Source: Paraspadella gotoi
Taxonomy: Eukaryota > Animalia > Chaetognatha
Reading direction: 5' to 3'
Length of the DNA stretch: 64,000 bases
Assembly: GCA_051294375.1 (NCBI GenBank)
Contig: CM119264.1
Location: 11,968,263 to 12,032,262, forward strand
The notes below the pieces were generated by a model. That model was not told the origin of the DNA, made no database searches, and saw only the letters and a program-made list of their open reading frames with translations. The position numbers and the translations under genes were made by a program. Numbering within the stretch: position 1 is the stretch's first letter; every line of letters starts with the position of its first letter. Below are positions 1 through 20,928 of this stretch, in pieces.

Positions 1-277
1 AGTTGGGGGGCGCTTTCATTCGAAACTAAGGAAAACGACAAAAACAAATAAAATAAACGAAATGAGAAAAAAATGTGGCGGAGGACGAGATCATGAGTGC
101 CTGAAGAATGGAGTGAAAACAATTTGGTGAACGGAAAAATGTCAACAGAGAAACAATAGAGAGAAATGCAAACGATTTCAAAATTTCCAACTGAATAATT
201 TTTTGATTTTATCGAATTAATTTTTTGATTGAAAGGAAATTCTATGGTGGACTAAAAATCCACCAACGCGTTCATAA

Positions 278-470
278 GCCGCCATTGGTGAAGGGATGGT
301 AGCAAGTCTTCGCCACACCCAAAGGTCCAGGGTTCTAGCCGCGGTGGTAAGCCTAGCAGTTAAGAGGGGACGTGGCGCTTAAGCGCCGTCTGTAACACGG
401 TGTTAGCAGCTGATCGGGGAAGCTGCTTACATTGGAACGCGTTCTGTACTGAACTCGATAAAAATTATTA
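278..470 (+). mobile_element. Putative tRNA-derived SINE (degenerate pol III A/B-box head)
   Basis: GCCGCCATTGGTGAAGGGATGGTAGC (A-box-like) is followed about 45 nt later by GGTTCTAGCC (B-box-like), and GCCGCCA/CGGTGGT are partly complementary. GC-rich island in AT-rich context. No clean cloverleaf. Confidence 0.4.
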
Positions 471-502
471 CTGTCTCTTCAACGCGATATAAAATTAAGC
501 CT

Positions 503-2462
503 TAAGGGGACCCAGTGATAAAATGGATATCATGAAAGCTTAAGGGTCTATCACAAAAGAATTGAATGGGTGATAGTCATTAATTTTGTCTTTGCACGGG
601 AACAGTGGCAAAAAGATTCCTGATCGTGGCTTATTCTAGGCGGAAACAAAAATTTAATAATTATGAAAAAAAATTTAGTTGTGAACCCGTGACCTAAATA
701 TTTTAGTATTAGATCCATGTATTTAGTTTTTACATGTGAGAAAGTATTTTTTTACTAAATTCCAATTTTTTAATTATTTTACTGTACAAAGCTATAAATG
801 TTTAGGTTTTAAGCCTCATTGAACAAAGGCTTTAACGAGACTAATATTTTTTTATTTTTATATTTACTTAAAAACCGCAGACAAATCGAAACGGCTAAAT
901 TCTATTCTTAGACAGAAACAAAAACTGCTAATATATTAGTTGAATGTAATATTCATGATTCATAGGCCCTTAAATGTATAGATTAGAAACTGATATTGAT
1001 CGTCCTAATTATAACAATGTAAAGCAATGTTAGCAAAAGTATAGAATCTTTCTACTTGCTTTTTATATGTTATAATTACTTCAAGAGAGTTTTAGTTTTC
1101 ATCGCCAATTAGACGTAGAATGCAGTTTAGAAATGAAAGTTTAGAATAAAGATGCAGTGCGGATACCTGCGCTTTAAAATTTTGGATTCATTCCTGAAGT
1201 TTTTTTTTCTTATAAATACTTTTGTGATAAAGCTGAAATCTTTTTAAAGAGTTAGATCTTATTAAGCGAGCGCCTTTTTAGGGAAAAAAAATTTTAAAAA
1301 CTTGAAAAAAGATTTTCTTCTTGCACGCGGATTTTGTTTAAAGAAAATTAAGCTCGCTGATTTTATCCGAAATTTTTTTAACGCAGTAGCGTTTCCGCCG
1401 AAATGATTATAATAAGAACAATATTCATACTAGAAGCACTGGGGGGGCCGTAAAAAGCTGAAAACTCTATAATATACGTTTGAGAACGCCTTTAACTTAA
1501 GCTAGTCTGGATCATGGTGACTCTAGAATTATAAATTTGTCTGTCTTCTATTAATCTATTTGTGTGAAAGTTAGTTAATTCTAAAATCATGGAGTTAATT
1601 TCTTCGAAAAAATCAAGAGATAATCTTTTGATATGAGTAGATACGAATCAAAGTTTTTGTAGTTAGAACTTTTTTTTTTGCATTTGCAAAAAGAGGGTAT
1701 AGACTCTAATTTTAAAAAGATTTGCAGCTTTTTATCTACAAAAATTTAGATAAGAAGAAAAAACTAGAATGAATGCAAAAATTTAAGAGTATCGACTATT
1801 TTATTATATAAACTTTCTTTTCAAATGATTCTGTTAAGTTGGATGAAATAAAACTCTTTTGAAGTAATGATAAATATAAAAAGAAGACGAAGAGATTCTG
1901 GTAGCTTTTGCTAACGAATTTTTGGAAATGTGTTAGTACTATTAGGAATGCGCAATATAGTTGATATTATACGCATTTAAGGGATTGAGATATCGAATGA
2001 TTAATTAATAATGTATGTAGAAGGGTTTTGTTGGTCTGTAAGAATAGAAAGTCTATGGATTTGCTATTTGTCTGCTTTTAAAGGTCAAATATAAAAATAA
2101 AATAAAAATAATTAGTTTCGTAAGCCTTTGTCTCTAGATGAGGGCTTTAAACCTAAAATTGATAAGCTTTGTACAGTAAAAATAAAAAATTGCGAATTTA
2201 GTAAAAAATACTTTCTAATGGCAGAAAATAAAATAATGGATTAGTTATAAATGATTTAGGTAGGGTCAATAAATTTTTTCTTCATAATTATTAAAATTTT
2301 GTCTTCGCGCTAGAACTCAAGAGATGAGTCGGAATTTTTTTGGCACTTCCGCTTTGCACAAGAAAAATTAATGACTATCACCGCATTTCAAGATCGCGCT
2401 TTGATGATAGAGCCCTTATAGGCTTATAGCATACTCATTGTTTTATCACTGAGGTGCCCCTA
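503..2462. mobile_element. Foldback/MITE-like element with long (~870 bp) imperfect inverted arms (~503-1375 and ~1575-2462), no coding capacity
   Basis: The reverse complement of 1575-2462 aligns colinearly with 503-1375. Shared blocks include GGTGATAGTCATTAATTTT, AGAAAGTATTTTTT-ACTAAATT, TTTTACTGTACAAAGCT and GTTAGCAAAAG. Left end reads TTAAGGGGACCCAGTG, right end reads CACTGAGGTGCCCCTA. Confidence 0.7.
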
Positions 2463-3832
2463 CACTTATACTATTACACACGAGACAATGAAAAACTCCG
2501 CAGACAAAAGCTTGGAATAATAGAATAGAAAAGAAAAGTACAAAGACGAAGCGAAGAAGAGGAGCGACTAATAGAAATGAAAAAAAAAAAAAGGAAGGAA
2601 AGGATGAACGAGAATAGTCATAGATAAAAGGGTGATAAAAAGCCGGCGGGGGTCGATTTATATAGAGCCTTTATAGAGGCGAAATCTATAGAGGAGAGTA
2701 ACGAGGGCGAGACCCGGAGGGAAACGGACAAAAGCGAGTAAAGAATATCGGACCGTTTATATATTCTGAGTCGCCCTCGCGAAGCGGAAAGAGGAAGAAG
2801 AGAGGGAGACAGAGAGGGCGCTAGGGGGGGGAAAGAGTAGGAAAAGGGGGGGTTGGGACAGGAGGAGGAAGAGGAGAGAGGGAACTCGTCTTAAGAATGG
2901 TCGTCGTCAAGGAAATAGCTTGAAAGATTGGCAGGTTACTGACAAGAGAGTGGCACCGATGCTAATATCGATGGTGACGCATAAAAGTCTCACGTTGGGA
3001 TTTGTATTGAATAAGTGCCACTGTCGACTGAAGGTTCGGTGAAGGGTGAAAGCGTATAAAGGATGTCGCAATAACTTAATATTCAAGGAAGAGATAAGAC
3101 AAATGAGATGTTTTTAGGGCAACAATGGGCATCGACTCCCACGAATGGAGCGTAACGTTAAGAAAGCAGATAACTAATACATCGACGCTGGCCGATCGAT
3201 GTGTAATGATAAAAGCTTGGCCCAACGAAATTCCATTAGATGTGTAGGGTCCAGATGCCCTTTCCCAAGTGAGTTTGCAGTTGGCTGGGAGCGTGAAACC
3301 TCACCGAGGCAGATACATGGGAACCAGGACGCAGACGTTGGGTCGGGCAGGCGACGGAGAGAACTTGGGAGGTCAGGGCAGGATTTTATGGGTAGTAAAA
3401 GGAGGTTGTGACTGTTTGGTTGTCAGATCGTGAAAGTGGAGATCTCTACATGGGGGTGGGGTTAACGAAGTGTTGTCGGTCGTTGTCAAGTGTTTAATGT
3501 TCATACTGTTGGTCGTCGTGTCGTCTCCGTCATTTTTTTATTTTTCGTTTCCTTCCTCGTTTTTCGTCGAGGTCGTTGTCGTCGTCGTCGTCATCGACAA
3601 AAATGAAAGAGAAAAAAGCGAGTGACACCCTTTTGACCCTTTCTTGAGTGACTCTTAAAATAAATCAAATTCGCGCGTCAAAGTTTTTTTCTCAGAGGAA
3701 AAATCCAAAGGAAAAAGCGAGATCAAAGAAAGAAGTGGTAGTTGGAGAGACGAGGAAGTTGAGAAATAAAGGAAAGAGGTTTTGATACTTATACTATCCT
3801 TTTTATTATCCGACTCGTGTTGGGATACAACG

Positions 3833-3835
3833 TCT

Positions 3836-3916
<81 letters not shown>
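3833..3916. repeat. (CT)n microsatellite, representative of many GA/CT tracts (e.g. ~8185-8220, 8990-9115, 18875-18970, 21458-21510, 37430-37600, 38948-39050, 41615-41710, 55388-55476, 61254-61341)
   Basis: Directly visible. Confidence 0.95.
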
Positions 3917-3922
<6 letters not shown>

Positions 3923-6900
3923 TCTCTGTTTTTTTAAAGTCTCAACCAGGTGGGTTTCACCGGGCCTGCTTACCGAGATAAACGGAATCTGTAGGCATCC
4001 TCGGCTTTATCTCTTCGCCTCCGGAAGTGTTATGTTTAGGGCGTCTTCCCCGATTACCCCGCGGAGGAGAGTAAGCGTAGGTGAGGGCGTTTGTTTTCAT
4101 ACAAGAAAAGCGGTCGCCTTATCTCGCTCATAAACTGCTTCGCTTCGCCGCGAGATGTTTTGTTATTTTGTATTGTAGCGCGGCTTAATTTAACGACTTG
4201 CGAGGGTCTTAAAGAAATTCAAAGATAATTTTCGAAAAATATATTCAAGTTTATGTAATTTACGCGACTTTCAAGTTTCGATAAGAACTACATAAATTAC
4301 AATTTAAAATCAAAACTTTAAAAATATAAAAAAGGGAAAAAAATATATAAGTCGGATCCTAATTAAAAAAGGGTGAAAGGATAATTTTTGGGGTGGATTA
4401 AGGTTATATTTATGATTGTTTTTTACATAAGGATAAGACTACCTTGCAGAATTGTATGTTCTAATAAATTAACAACAATATGTAACATTTTATTTATTCT
4501 AAGATACCAAAAATTATTCTAAAATTATAAGAATAGGAGATATTCTTAGTATAAATCATAGACTAAGATAACGAAGTTATGTACTGTTCATTTATTTACG
4601 GTAGCCGTTATCAAGTGTCTCTAATAAGCAGTAAAACACTTTTGTTTTAATAGGGATGGCCTATCTTGTTGAGTGAGTTAAAAGTTTTAATTGAGCACCT
4701 GCCTAAAGAAAATTTATACATTTTTTTTAAAATTAGCACCGACAAAAAAATTTTAAACATGAATCTATACCTATATATTAATCTTTCAATATTTATTTAT
4801 AGATTGAAAGGCTAAATATATATTTATTTTTAAGATCAGATTCATGTAGCTTGCAAAAAGTCGTCTAAACAAAGTATAATTATTTTTTTCGATATTCTGG
4901 TCCTAAGTGGGTAAAAAATAAAGAAAACTATTAATATAATCATTATCATATTCCTTTGGATAATTTATTAGTTTTTTTAAATTTTGACCAGAAAACATAA
5001 GCATTTTATAAAGTTGTAATTATATATTTTTTATTTAACTTTTTGTTCTCAATAGAATCTATTGAAATAATTAGGATTGATTAAAATTTTTTTTATCATT
5101 AAATAATAATATAATAATTTTTATAGCAACAATAAAGCATTAATATTGAATTTTTAAAAAAAATTCTTTTTCTACCTAAAAGTAGACATCAAAACTAAAG
5201 TGTGTACCCCCGCCCCTTTTGATTTTATTTTCATAGTTGATATCTATTAATAAGACAGAATTAGATTTAAAATATAAGTTTATAACTTGTCCAATGTTGG
5301 AATTAAAATATGAACTTTTGATTTTGATTGTATATAAATTTTATTTGTTCAATCATGGAACTACCTTCTTATTCTGTAAACTTCAAACTTTTATTTTTTT
5401 TCTAATAAAAATAAAAAAATAAAAAATAATAAACATTTCATTTATTATCATTTATCATTTTATAATTTATCAGTTTATTTTCATTGGCAAAGCAAAAAAA
5501 GGTTTGTCATGACTGTTCATTTCTTTTTTTTGTCCCAACGAATGCGCTCTCTTGTAATATCAGCTCGAGTTAAAAAATAAACAAAAGTTAAAACGGAGTA
5601 GCGAACGGAGTAGTCGTACACACTTCACACTGTGTAGTGTGTAGTGTGTGTGTGTGTGTAGTGTGTAGTACACAGTGTAACATACGTAGTGGCGCAATTA
5701 GTTTTTTCTATCAATTTCCTTAATCTCTTTAATTTTTACATTTCTAAATTAGCTGGGTGTATTTCCCTCATTGAAAGGTTCTGTTTATTTAATTTAGAAA
5801 ACTAAAAGGAACTCGAAAATAAAAAATAAAAAATATATAAAACAAACGGACATTCTGCTTCGCCATCGGATCTATACCTGTCACGTGACGTCCTGACCTT
5901 GATCCTGAAGCAGTTGCCGTAAGGGAATTGGCAAAGAAAAGAAATTAAAAGGAAAAGAAGCAGAAAGTAGCAAAATATGATTGGGAATTTGATGAATTTC
6001 CTCACATGGCATTACGCCCCGTACGGGACTTTTTAGCTTTTAAACTTTTTAGTCGCAGTACATAGAGGAAAACATATAAAAAGAAAATAATAATATTTCA
6101 ATATTTTTCCTTGAGTAGGCCAAAATCAGACGCCCCGCTAAAATTTGTGAATAAAGAAAGTTTGGCGGCGGAGATGCACCACCGACCTATTCACCTCTGA
6201 CGGAGAGAAATCTCGTGGCGTGGGCGATGCCGTTTAGGAGTCGGACGGAGACGCGGCGCATAGCGAAGCTTCCCATGTCGCAGACGCAAGAGAGTCACAG
6301 GCGGGCGACACGATCCTCAGAAGCCTCGTGTTCGTTTTTCAAATTAAAAGCATTTAAATCTACGTTACGAGACGATAAAGAAAACATTAATAAGCAAAAT
6401 AGATAACACATAAAAAACCTAAAAACAATTTTTATTTTTATTTTAGATGAGAATGCGTCTTCAAGAAGCTGTGAATCATTTTGCATAATTTGGTAGGTAA
6501 CATAAAAAAGCTAAAAAATATTTTAACGTACAAGAGTCATTATTTTGTTGCAGAGCCAAAACATATCACTATTCAGTATCACGAATGTATATATTAACCC
6601 CGGAATAAACTGAGCATTCGATTGTGAAACAACAACAAAACAAATCTTGAGTCCTTTCGTTCTCATGCTCTATTCGTCGTCGTCGTCGTCGTCGTCGTCA
6701 GACGGTTCCACTCGTCACGAATTCAAAGCGAATGGATTCGATTTCGTTGGAGCGACTGGAAGAGGAAAGCACCGACGCCGCAGACCGCCGCTGCCGACGC
6801 CGCCCTCAATAGCCGCTCTCGTCGCCGACTCGGCCGCCGCCGCCGACGCCATCAACAACAATCGCAACGTAAACAACAAAACAAAAAACCCAAATGGTAA

Positions 6901-7167
6901 AATCGATAAACACAACGACGAACCATAACGCATTCTCCGCCGAATGATTTTCGCAAAGTGGAGTCCGCAATACCAAACAAACCGAAGAGGACGATGACGC
7001 CGACGTCGGCGAAAGAAGAAGAAATTGAAGACGACGAAGGAACGGAATAACACGCAAACGAGTCACGAAGTCGATTTAGTAGTTGCAGATAAATTGCTGA
7101 ATTGATAAATCAGCAATATATGTAGCGGACATGCCCTTGGTTCAATCGTCTATAGACATCCTTACAT

Positions 7168-7237
7168 CAGTTGTGACCCGAAGAGTGATGCCGTCGGCTC
7201 ATGACCAAGAGCTACCGGGTTCAATCCCAACCCGGTA
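7168..7237 (+). pseudogene. Degenerate tRNA-like sequence (CAT anticodon-like loop); tRNA pseudogene or SINE head
   Basis: GGCTCATGACC anticodon-like arm is followed by CCGGGTTCAATCCC (T-arm/B box). Stems are mismatched, so this is not a functional tRNA call. Confidence 0.4.
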
Positions 7238-8183
7238 CCTCCCTTCGGAAAGTATGAAAACGGCCTTAACCCGACTTCCAAAACGGTTCCAGGCCTGTGG
7301 TACATTCCAATGCTTGCGCAGAAATTAGAAAAGTTTTCAGCTCACTTACCCACATATATGCAGACAAAATACTAATTAACTACAAGGACATAAATAATCG
7401 TTGGTAAGAGAAACCACTGTAAAGGACGATCTGTTTTCTCGCCTGAGAGCGAATCTTGCGACTGTCTAATTTCGTTAATCAGAACCTGTTTTTATTTTTG
7501 TTTGTTAGTTAGTTACCGTAAGGGAGATAGTTACAGTTACACCACTTACGATTTAGTGGAGTATTTAAGCTTCCGCGAGAGATAAGGTCTCAGAATTACC
7601 CTGGAAGCAGATTCAATTCATTCCGGCTCAGAGCGTTCAATCATAGCGGTGGGCGCCCCCGCGCTCTCGCGCCCTTTCACTTTTTTTCGAAACCGCGTCG
7701 TCCTGGTTCTTTTGTGTCGGCAAAAATTTTTTTTTCTTTCTCCTTTATTTTTCTCTCTTTTTTTTAATCCTTCTTTCTTGGCGTTGACTGATTTTGTTTT
7801 TGTCTTCTTTATGAACGGCGTCATAAAAGGGGAAAAAACAAAAGTGGAAATGAAAAGACGCGACGTGTAAAACTCTCTCATCCAGAAAAAAGTTTTTCTC
7901 CGAGATAAGATTTCGTCCTCACTTCCACCCCACTGGGCCGCCCCAAACCACCGGCCCGCCACACCCACCCAACCTCCCGTTAATTTTTCAACGCCGCGGC
8001 CACCGCTGCCTCACCCACCCACCGCAACTTGGGATGGAAGAACGAGAAAAAAAAAAGAAGAAGAATTATCCGTTTTTATATTGAGGCCGAGAGAAAGGTT
8101 AACGTGGCGAGGTGAGTGGAGAGCAGGAGGCGGATGCCGTGGATGGGAAGAAGGCGGAAGGTAGAGGATGTTAAGTAGAAAAG

Positions 8184-8224
<41 letters not shown>

Positions 8225-8540
8225 GATGAAGATGAAAAGGATTAATTGTTGAAGAACGACGAACGAGGCTGAATATTTCATCGTGAGAAAGTGAAAAACT
8301 CAGTCAGTGGTTTAGTTTGAACAAGAATTACAGTATGTAGAAACAAGCACTCGTGATCAAGTAGTTTTCTTGGCAGACGAGTACATATATAATAATAGCA
8401 CAGCCATATGGATCAACTCTCATTCATTGGCTTCATTAGTTACTCAAACAAAGCCATTCTTATGCTGAAGACAAAATTATAAAGCCAGCCCTCAACGAAT
8501 CTAGCGAGTAAATAACTAACACAAACAGAGAGAGAGAAGG

Positions 8541-8579
<39 letters not shown>

Positions 8580-9011
8580 AGAAGAGAGAGAGAGAGAGGA
8601 GAGAAGAAACTTACAAACAAAAGTGAAGGAATTAGCTTTACGCATTCGCCCTCCCTTTATCCACTGGGAAAAGGTTCAGTGAAGGAATTTCTTACTTTCG
8701 AGGTCGGTGACCTAGTTTTCACAAATTGGTGATATTCTCCATGGTTTTATTTTGGCAAAAAACTTGCTGAAATTGGTCATAGGTGATGGCTAACGTAACT
8801 TTTTTTAGGCATAATAGATGGGGTACCTGCATTTAAAAAAACGATTTCTGTTGTGATAGTGTTTTAAAAATTTCGAAACTATGTATAATAGTACTTAATA
8901 GTGACGTATTCTATTCAACGAGGTCATCATAAATTTAAATACTCATTCAACTCATGTTCGAAGGAAACTGAAAAAACACAGAAGCAAATTCTCTTTCTCT
9001 CTCTCTCTCTC

Positions 9012-9100
<89 letters not shown>

Positions 9101-9567
9101 CCCTTTCTCTCTCTCGTACCTCTATCCAATCAGGTTATTGTTTTTTTCCTCCTTTCGATTGTGTAAAAAGGCTTGAAACCTGTCGAGGCGTCGCGACCAG
9201 GCTTCCTCCGCCATCGTAACCCCCCCCTCATCTTTAGCCTGGCATCTTTCACGACGTTTCGGCTCTCTATCTCAGATAACGAGGGAATCGAGAGACATTT
9301 TCGCCTTAATTAGAAGCGAAAAGAAAGGTTGGGATAGTGGACACTGACGTCAGTGAGTGTCATAAAGCGCTGTTTTCGTAGGCGAGTAGTACACGGCTCA
9401 GGAAGGTAAGGAAAGAACTGAATTGGTGAGGCGAGTGGGCAACTGGTCATTGGTCAGGCAATGAATCAAGTTCCGCTGTGACAATCAAAGGAATCGCAAT
9501 AGGATAAATATATTATTTGATGATCTCGAAAGGTACGTATCANNNNNNNNNNNNNNNNNNNNNNNNN

Positions 9568-9600
<33 letters not shown>

Positions 9601-10375
9601 GATAAACTTTCTATTTCAATTTCTTAAAAAAATATCAACCCCTTCATGAAAACAAAAATTTGACAATGTCATAACTCAACATATTACATCATTTTAACTG
9701 GAAAACAGAAACTTTGTTTCCAAAGTTTTGCCAGCGGGCGCGATGCTCTTGCCGAAGATTCATGGAAGAGTTTTCCGGTGGAAATCCGAGTTAATGCCGA
9801 CGCGGGAGCCGGATTTCCGGTTTTTTCTTGCCGGAAATCGGAGCGTCGAGGCGAAGAGCGGAGGCCGTGCGGGGAGGAGTGGAAGGAAAAGTGGAAAAAG
9901 GAGAAGAGTCTAATGTGAATCAGCTGTGAAAATGGTGTGATGGGAGAGTAGAAGGGGCGAAATAAAAGTGGAAAACGCTTCGTACCGAGGGTGACTGGTG
10001 AGTGGTGAATGGTGAGTGGTGAGGTGAAAAATAGAAATTTAGGTCGTGAGTTTCAATGGTTTCGAAGAAACGAGTACCTACTGAAATAAACAGCCACAAT
10101 TATACACATATTATGCTAGAAAAAAGGAAAAGAAAAAAAAAGGAGCAAGAATAAAAAAAGAAGGGAAACGATTTAAAGAAAAAAGTAAAACCGTATTGAC
10201 TTAAACAATTGCAAACAGATGTTTCTTACGAAGCTTCATTTGCAAAGGAAATGGCGAGGAGAGTCACAACTCACAACCGTCTCTGTTAGAGAAAGTGACC
10301 GAGGATGTGATTTGTGAAGCGAGGGTTTTGGGGAGGGGATTAAACTGAGTCTCCCATCGACGTTGGAAGGCGGAG

Positions 10376-13300
10376 GGTGGATGAGACGGCAGTCGGAATC
10401 GGGCTGGAATCCGCGACGCCTTTCTCTCAAAGTCGTTTATCTGACGCCGTTGAGAATCCGATGAACCGATTGGCGCCGATTGTCGACGTCGTTTTTGTCG
10501 TCTTCATTGTCCGTCGTCGTTGTCGTTGTTGTTGCCTCGATTCGGATTGGATTAATTTTTCGTTTCTATGGAGTTGATTCAATTTCTTTTTGTCAAATAA
10601 TTTCCGCAATTGTTATAGCAAAATCTCGTTCCTTTTGTCTTCGTTTTGTCATATGTGATCAGTCACGTCTTGTAATTACTTAGGTTTTGTCGATTCATCA
10701 TTGTCGCTTTTCTTGACGTCATCAAACAAAGTTGTCGCCTTTTTTTTAAAACGTCGTCGTCGTCGGCTCGATCGCTTGGCTGGCGGAAAAAAGCTTAATG
10801 AACCCGACAACCTCGGAATAGCAAAGTCGAAGGGGAAAAAAAAGGAAAGAAAAAAAGTTGGGTATTGGCAGACGGTGGGTGCATCCCCGGGTTTTATCGC
10901 TGCTTTAAACCTCGGGTGAAGGGGATTCCTTTTTTTTTCTTTTTTTGATACCGCCTGAGGAAAAAAAAATCAGCGGGCTCAGGGATTTCTTTTTTTTTTT
11001 TTGAAAGGAGCCGTTGTTTGGGCAGGATCTGAACAGATTCCGAGAGAGAAGAAATCTGTTCGACAGATAAAAACTTTATTTTTATTAGTAAAGATATCTT
11101 AGATTTAATCTGTTTAATTAGGCGGTGGGAGGTTTATCACTTAGTCATTAAGTTGCCCCTTCTTAATTATCAGATAAGATAAGATAAGATAGTTTGTTTG
11201 TAAAATTAGAAGGGAAATAAATAGGTACAGTTTCTTTACCCGATATTTATTTCTAAATCTTATCGTCTTCTCGCTCTCTCTTTCTTCGTAGGCGGCGCTG
11301 TTCCAAAAATAGACGCACAAAAACTCCGACAAAAGGTCCATTGTGATTCTATGCTTGGAATTCACGGCGAATCCAGCGGAAAGATTTTTTTTTCCGCATA
11401 ATTTCGCGCGGGATCCAGATCTTCTTTTATGTATCCTCTTCCTTCTAGTGGTCTCTCTATCAGTCTGCCTTTCTTTTTTCTTTCTTTTATCATTCATGGA
11501 CTCTTTCTTCTTGTTTTCTTGATCTAAATTTATTTCAATTTCGATAAAATGCATGTATATCTAATATCTATGTACAGTTTTATTCATTCTTAATTATTTG
11601 TGAAGCATTACTTACAATTTTTAATATAAAATTAAGCAAACCATGATTTCTATTTTTAAATTTTGTATAAAAAAAAAGTTTGCTGAAAAAAACAAACTTG
11701 AGAATGGCGCCTCATCGTGAATCTTAGAATATCACTCGGACAAAAACCCATTTTGTTGATAGGCATTATTTTTCTATTTTGCGTAGATTTCTTGCTGCTG
11801 AGTAAATGTCTCGTTCGCCGTCAGGATCACACACCGCAATGGTACAATGTGGTAAAGGGGCACAATTATGGAATAATTCATAGAACAGATGTCACGATTG
11901 GACTCGGGGGAAGACATGATTGGCCAAAGAAGTAGAGATAGGGGTAGGTGGATGGACGGCAGTCGGAAATCGGCCTGGAATCCGCCGACGGGCCTTTCCT
12001 CAAAGTCGTTTATGTAGAGCCGTTGAGAATCCGAGAACGATTGGCGCCAATTGTCGACGTCGTTTTGTCGTTTCATTGTCGGTCGTCGTTGTCCGTTGTT
12101 GTTTGCGGCTCGATTCGGATTGGATTATTTTTCGTTTGCTCGGAAGTTGATTGTCAATTTCTTTTTGTCACAATAAATTTCGCAATTGTTATAAGTTGGG
12201 CTAAAATCATCGTTTCCTTTTGTCTTCGTTGTTGTCATTGTTGATCAGTCACGTTTGTAATTACTTTAGGGTTTTGTCGATTCATCATTGTCGCTTTGTT
12301 TCTGACGTCATCAAACAAAGTTGTCGCTTTTTTTAAAACTGAGCGTCGTCGGTCGTCGGCTCGATCGCTTGGCTGGCGGGAAAAAGTTAATGAACCCGAC
12401 AACCTCGGAATAGCAAAGTCGAGGGGAAAAAAAAGGAAAGGACAAAAAAGTTGGGTATTGGCAGACGGTCGTGCATCCCCGGGTTTTATCGCTGTTTAAA
12501 GCGCTCGGGTGAAGGGGATCCTTATTGTTGTTTTTTTTTTGATATCCGGAGCCTCGAAGGGAAAAAGAAAAGTGCAGCGGGTGCAGGGATTCTTTTTTTT
12601 TTTTTGAATAGGAGCCCGTTGTTTGGCAGGCGATCTGTGAAACAGATGTCTCACCGAGAGAGAAGAAATCTGTTCGCACAGATAAAAACTTTATTTTTTT
12701 ATAGAAGATATCGTTAGATTTTCTGTAATTACGTGGGAGTTTATCATTAGTTGTTGCCCTTCTCTTTAATTTAGGTACAGATAAGATAAGATAAGATAGG
12801 TCTAATGTGTTGCATTGAAATTAGGAAGGGAAATAAATAGGTAAGGTTCTTTAGCTCCGGATATTTATTTTCTAATCTTATCGTCTTCTCGCTCTCTTCT
12901 TTCTTCGTAGGCGGCGCTGTTCCCAAAAATAGACGCACGAAAAACTCCGACAAAAGGTCCATTGTGATTCTATGCTTGGAATTCACGGCGAATCCCAGCG
13001 GAAAGATTTATTTTTTCCGCATAATTTCGGCGCGGGATCCAGATCTTCTTTTATGTACTCCTCTTCCTTCTAGTGGTCTCGTCTATCAAGTCTGCCTTTC
13101 TTTTTTCTTTCTTTTATGCATTCTATGGGCTCTTTCTTCTTGTTTTTGCTGCATCTAAATTTTTTCAATTCGATAAAATGCATGCGTATATCTAATATCT
13201 AGTGTACAGTGTTTTTATTCATTCTTAAGTTCATTGTGGAAGGCATTACTTAGCAATTTTTATATAAAATTAAGCAAACATGATTTTCTATTTTTAATTT

Positions 13301-13570
13301 TGTATAAAAAAAAAGTTTCGCTGAAAAAAAACAACTTGAGAATGGCGCCTCATCGTGAATGCTTAGAATATCACTCGGACAAAACCATTTTGTTGAATAG
13401 GCATTTTTTCTATTTTGCGTAGATTTCTTGGACTGCTGTGTAAATGCTCTTCGTTCCGTGCAGGATCACCCACCGCAATGGTACAATGTGGTTAAAGGGC
13501 ACAATTATGGAATAATTCATAGGGAACAGAGTGTTCAACTGATTGGATCTCGGGGAAGACATTGTTGGCC
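10376..13570. repeat. Tandem ~1.6 kb duplication (10376-11925 / 11947-13570), probably an assembly artefact
   Basis: Copies are colinear and differ mainly by single-base indels. The block ends next to a 25-N gap. Confidence 0.85.
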
Positions 13571-13874
13571 GCGAGGGAGACAACCGTTCGCACGCCGGCG
13601 ACTAATTCGTGCGAGGGAGAGGAAGACGGAAGACGTTGCGTCAGGTGTTTCGCCAGATCTTAACGTTACGCGCGACGCGACGATCGATGAATGGACGACC
13701 GATGCGACGNNNNNNNNNNNNNNNNNNNNNNNNNGCGAGGGAGACACCGTTCGCACGCCGGCGACTTAATTCGGCGTAGGGAGACGGAAGACGGAAGACG
13801 TTGGTCAGGTGTTTCGCCAGAATCTTAACGTTACGCGCGACGACGACGATGATGAATGACGACCGATGGCGACG
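13571..13874. repeat. ~140 bp sequence duplicated on either side of a 25-N gap (13710-13734)
   Basis: gcgagggagaca(a)ccgttcgcacgccggcgact...gaccgatg(g)cgacg occurs immediately left and right of the gap. Confidence 0.85.
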
Positions 13875-20449
<6,575 letters not shown>

Positions 20450-20883
20450 TGTTTGCGAGAGTGAGAGAGAGAGGAGAGAGAGAGAGAGGAGATAGGAGAG
20501 CAGAGAGAGAGAGAGACAGAACGTTTTAAATTTTGTTTGAAGTTTGAGAAGAATAGAATAAAATAGTATTTTTATGCGACAAGGTGGAATGAACTCTTAA
20601 TGGATTTAATCATTTTAACTTGTTCAGCCTCAATGAAACGTTTATTACCCCGTGTCGCATCATACCATTTAAGTAAGTGATGATACATTTACTTTTCACA
20701 TAAAAGGAAAAACGAGCAAAATTAAACAGTAAAGCGTAATTTTTGTTTTTTCCACTTTTATTAATTTCCACGTGGACAGCGAAACTTGATTTCCAGCTCA
20801 TCGCACACTTCTTAACCCATACATAACATTTTAAGTCAATCGCTCCGTCCACTCACCAGAAATGGGCGTTCAAAGCTATGGTG

Positions 20884-20928
20884 GGACAGACAGACAGACA
20901 GACCTACAGACGGACGGACGGACGGACA
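20884..20928. repeat. (GACA/GACG)n tetranucleotide tract, possible HINE remnant
   Basis: ggacagacagacagacagacctacagacggacggacggacggac. Confidence 0.6.

Noticed and set aside
6715-6933. Minus-strand ORF segment resembling a signal peptide (MRYGSSLCLSILPFGFFVLLFTLRLLLMASAAAAES...)
   Set aside because: The hydrophobicity derives from (TTG/TTT)-rich simple sequence. No recognisable domain or convincing downstream exon.
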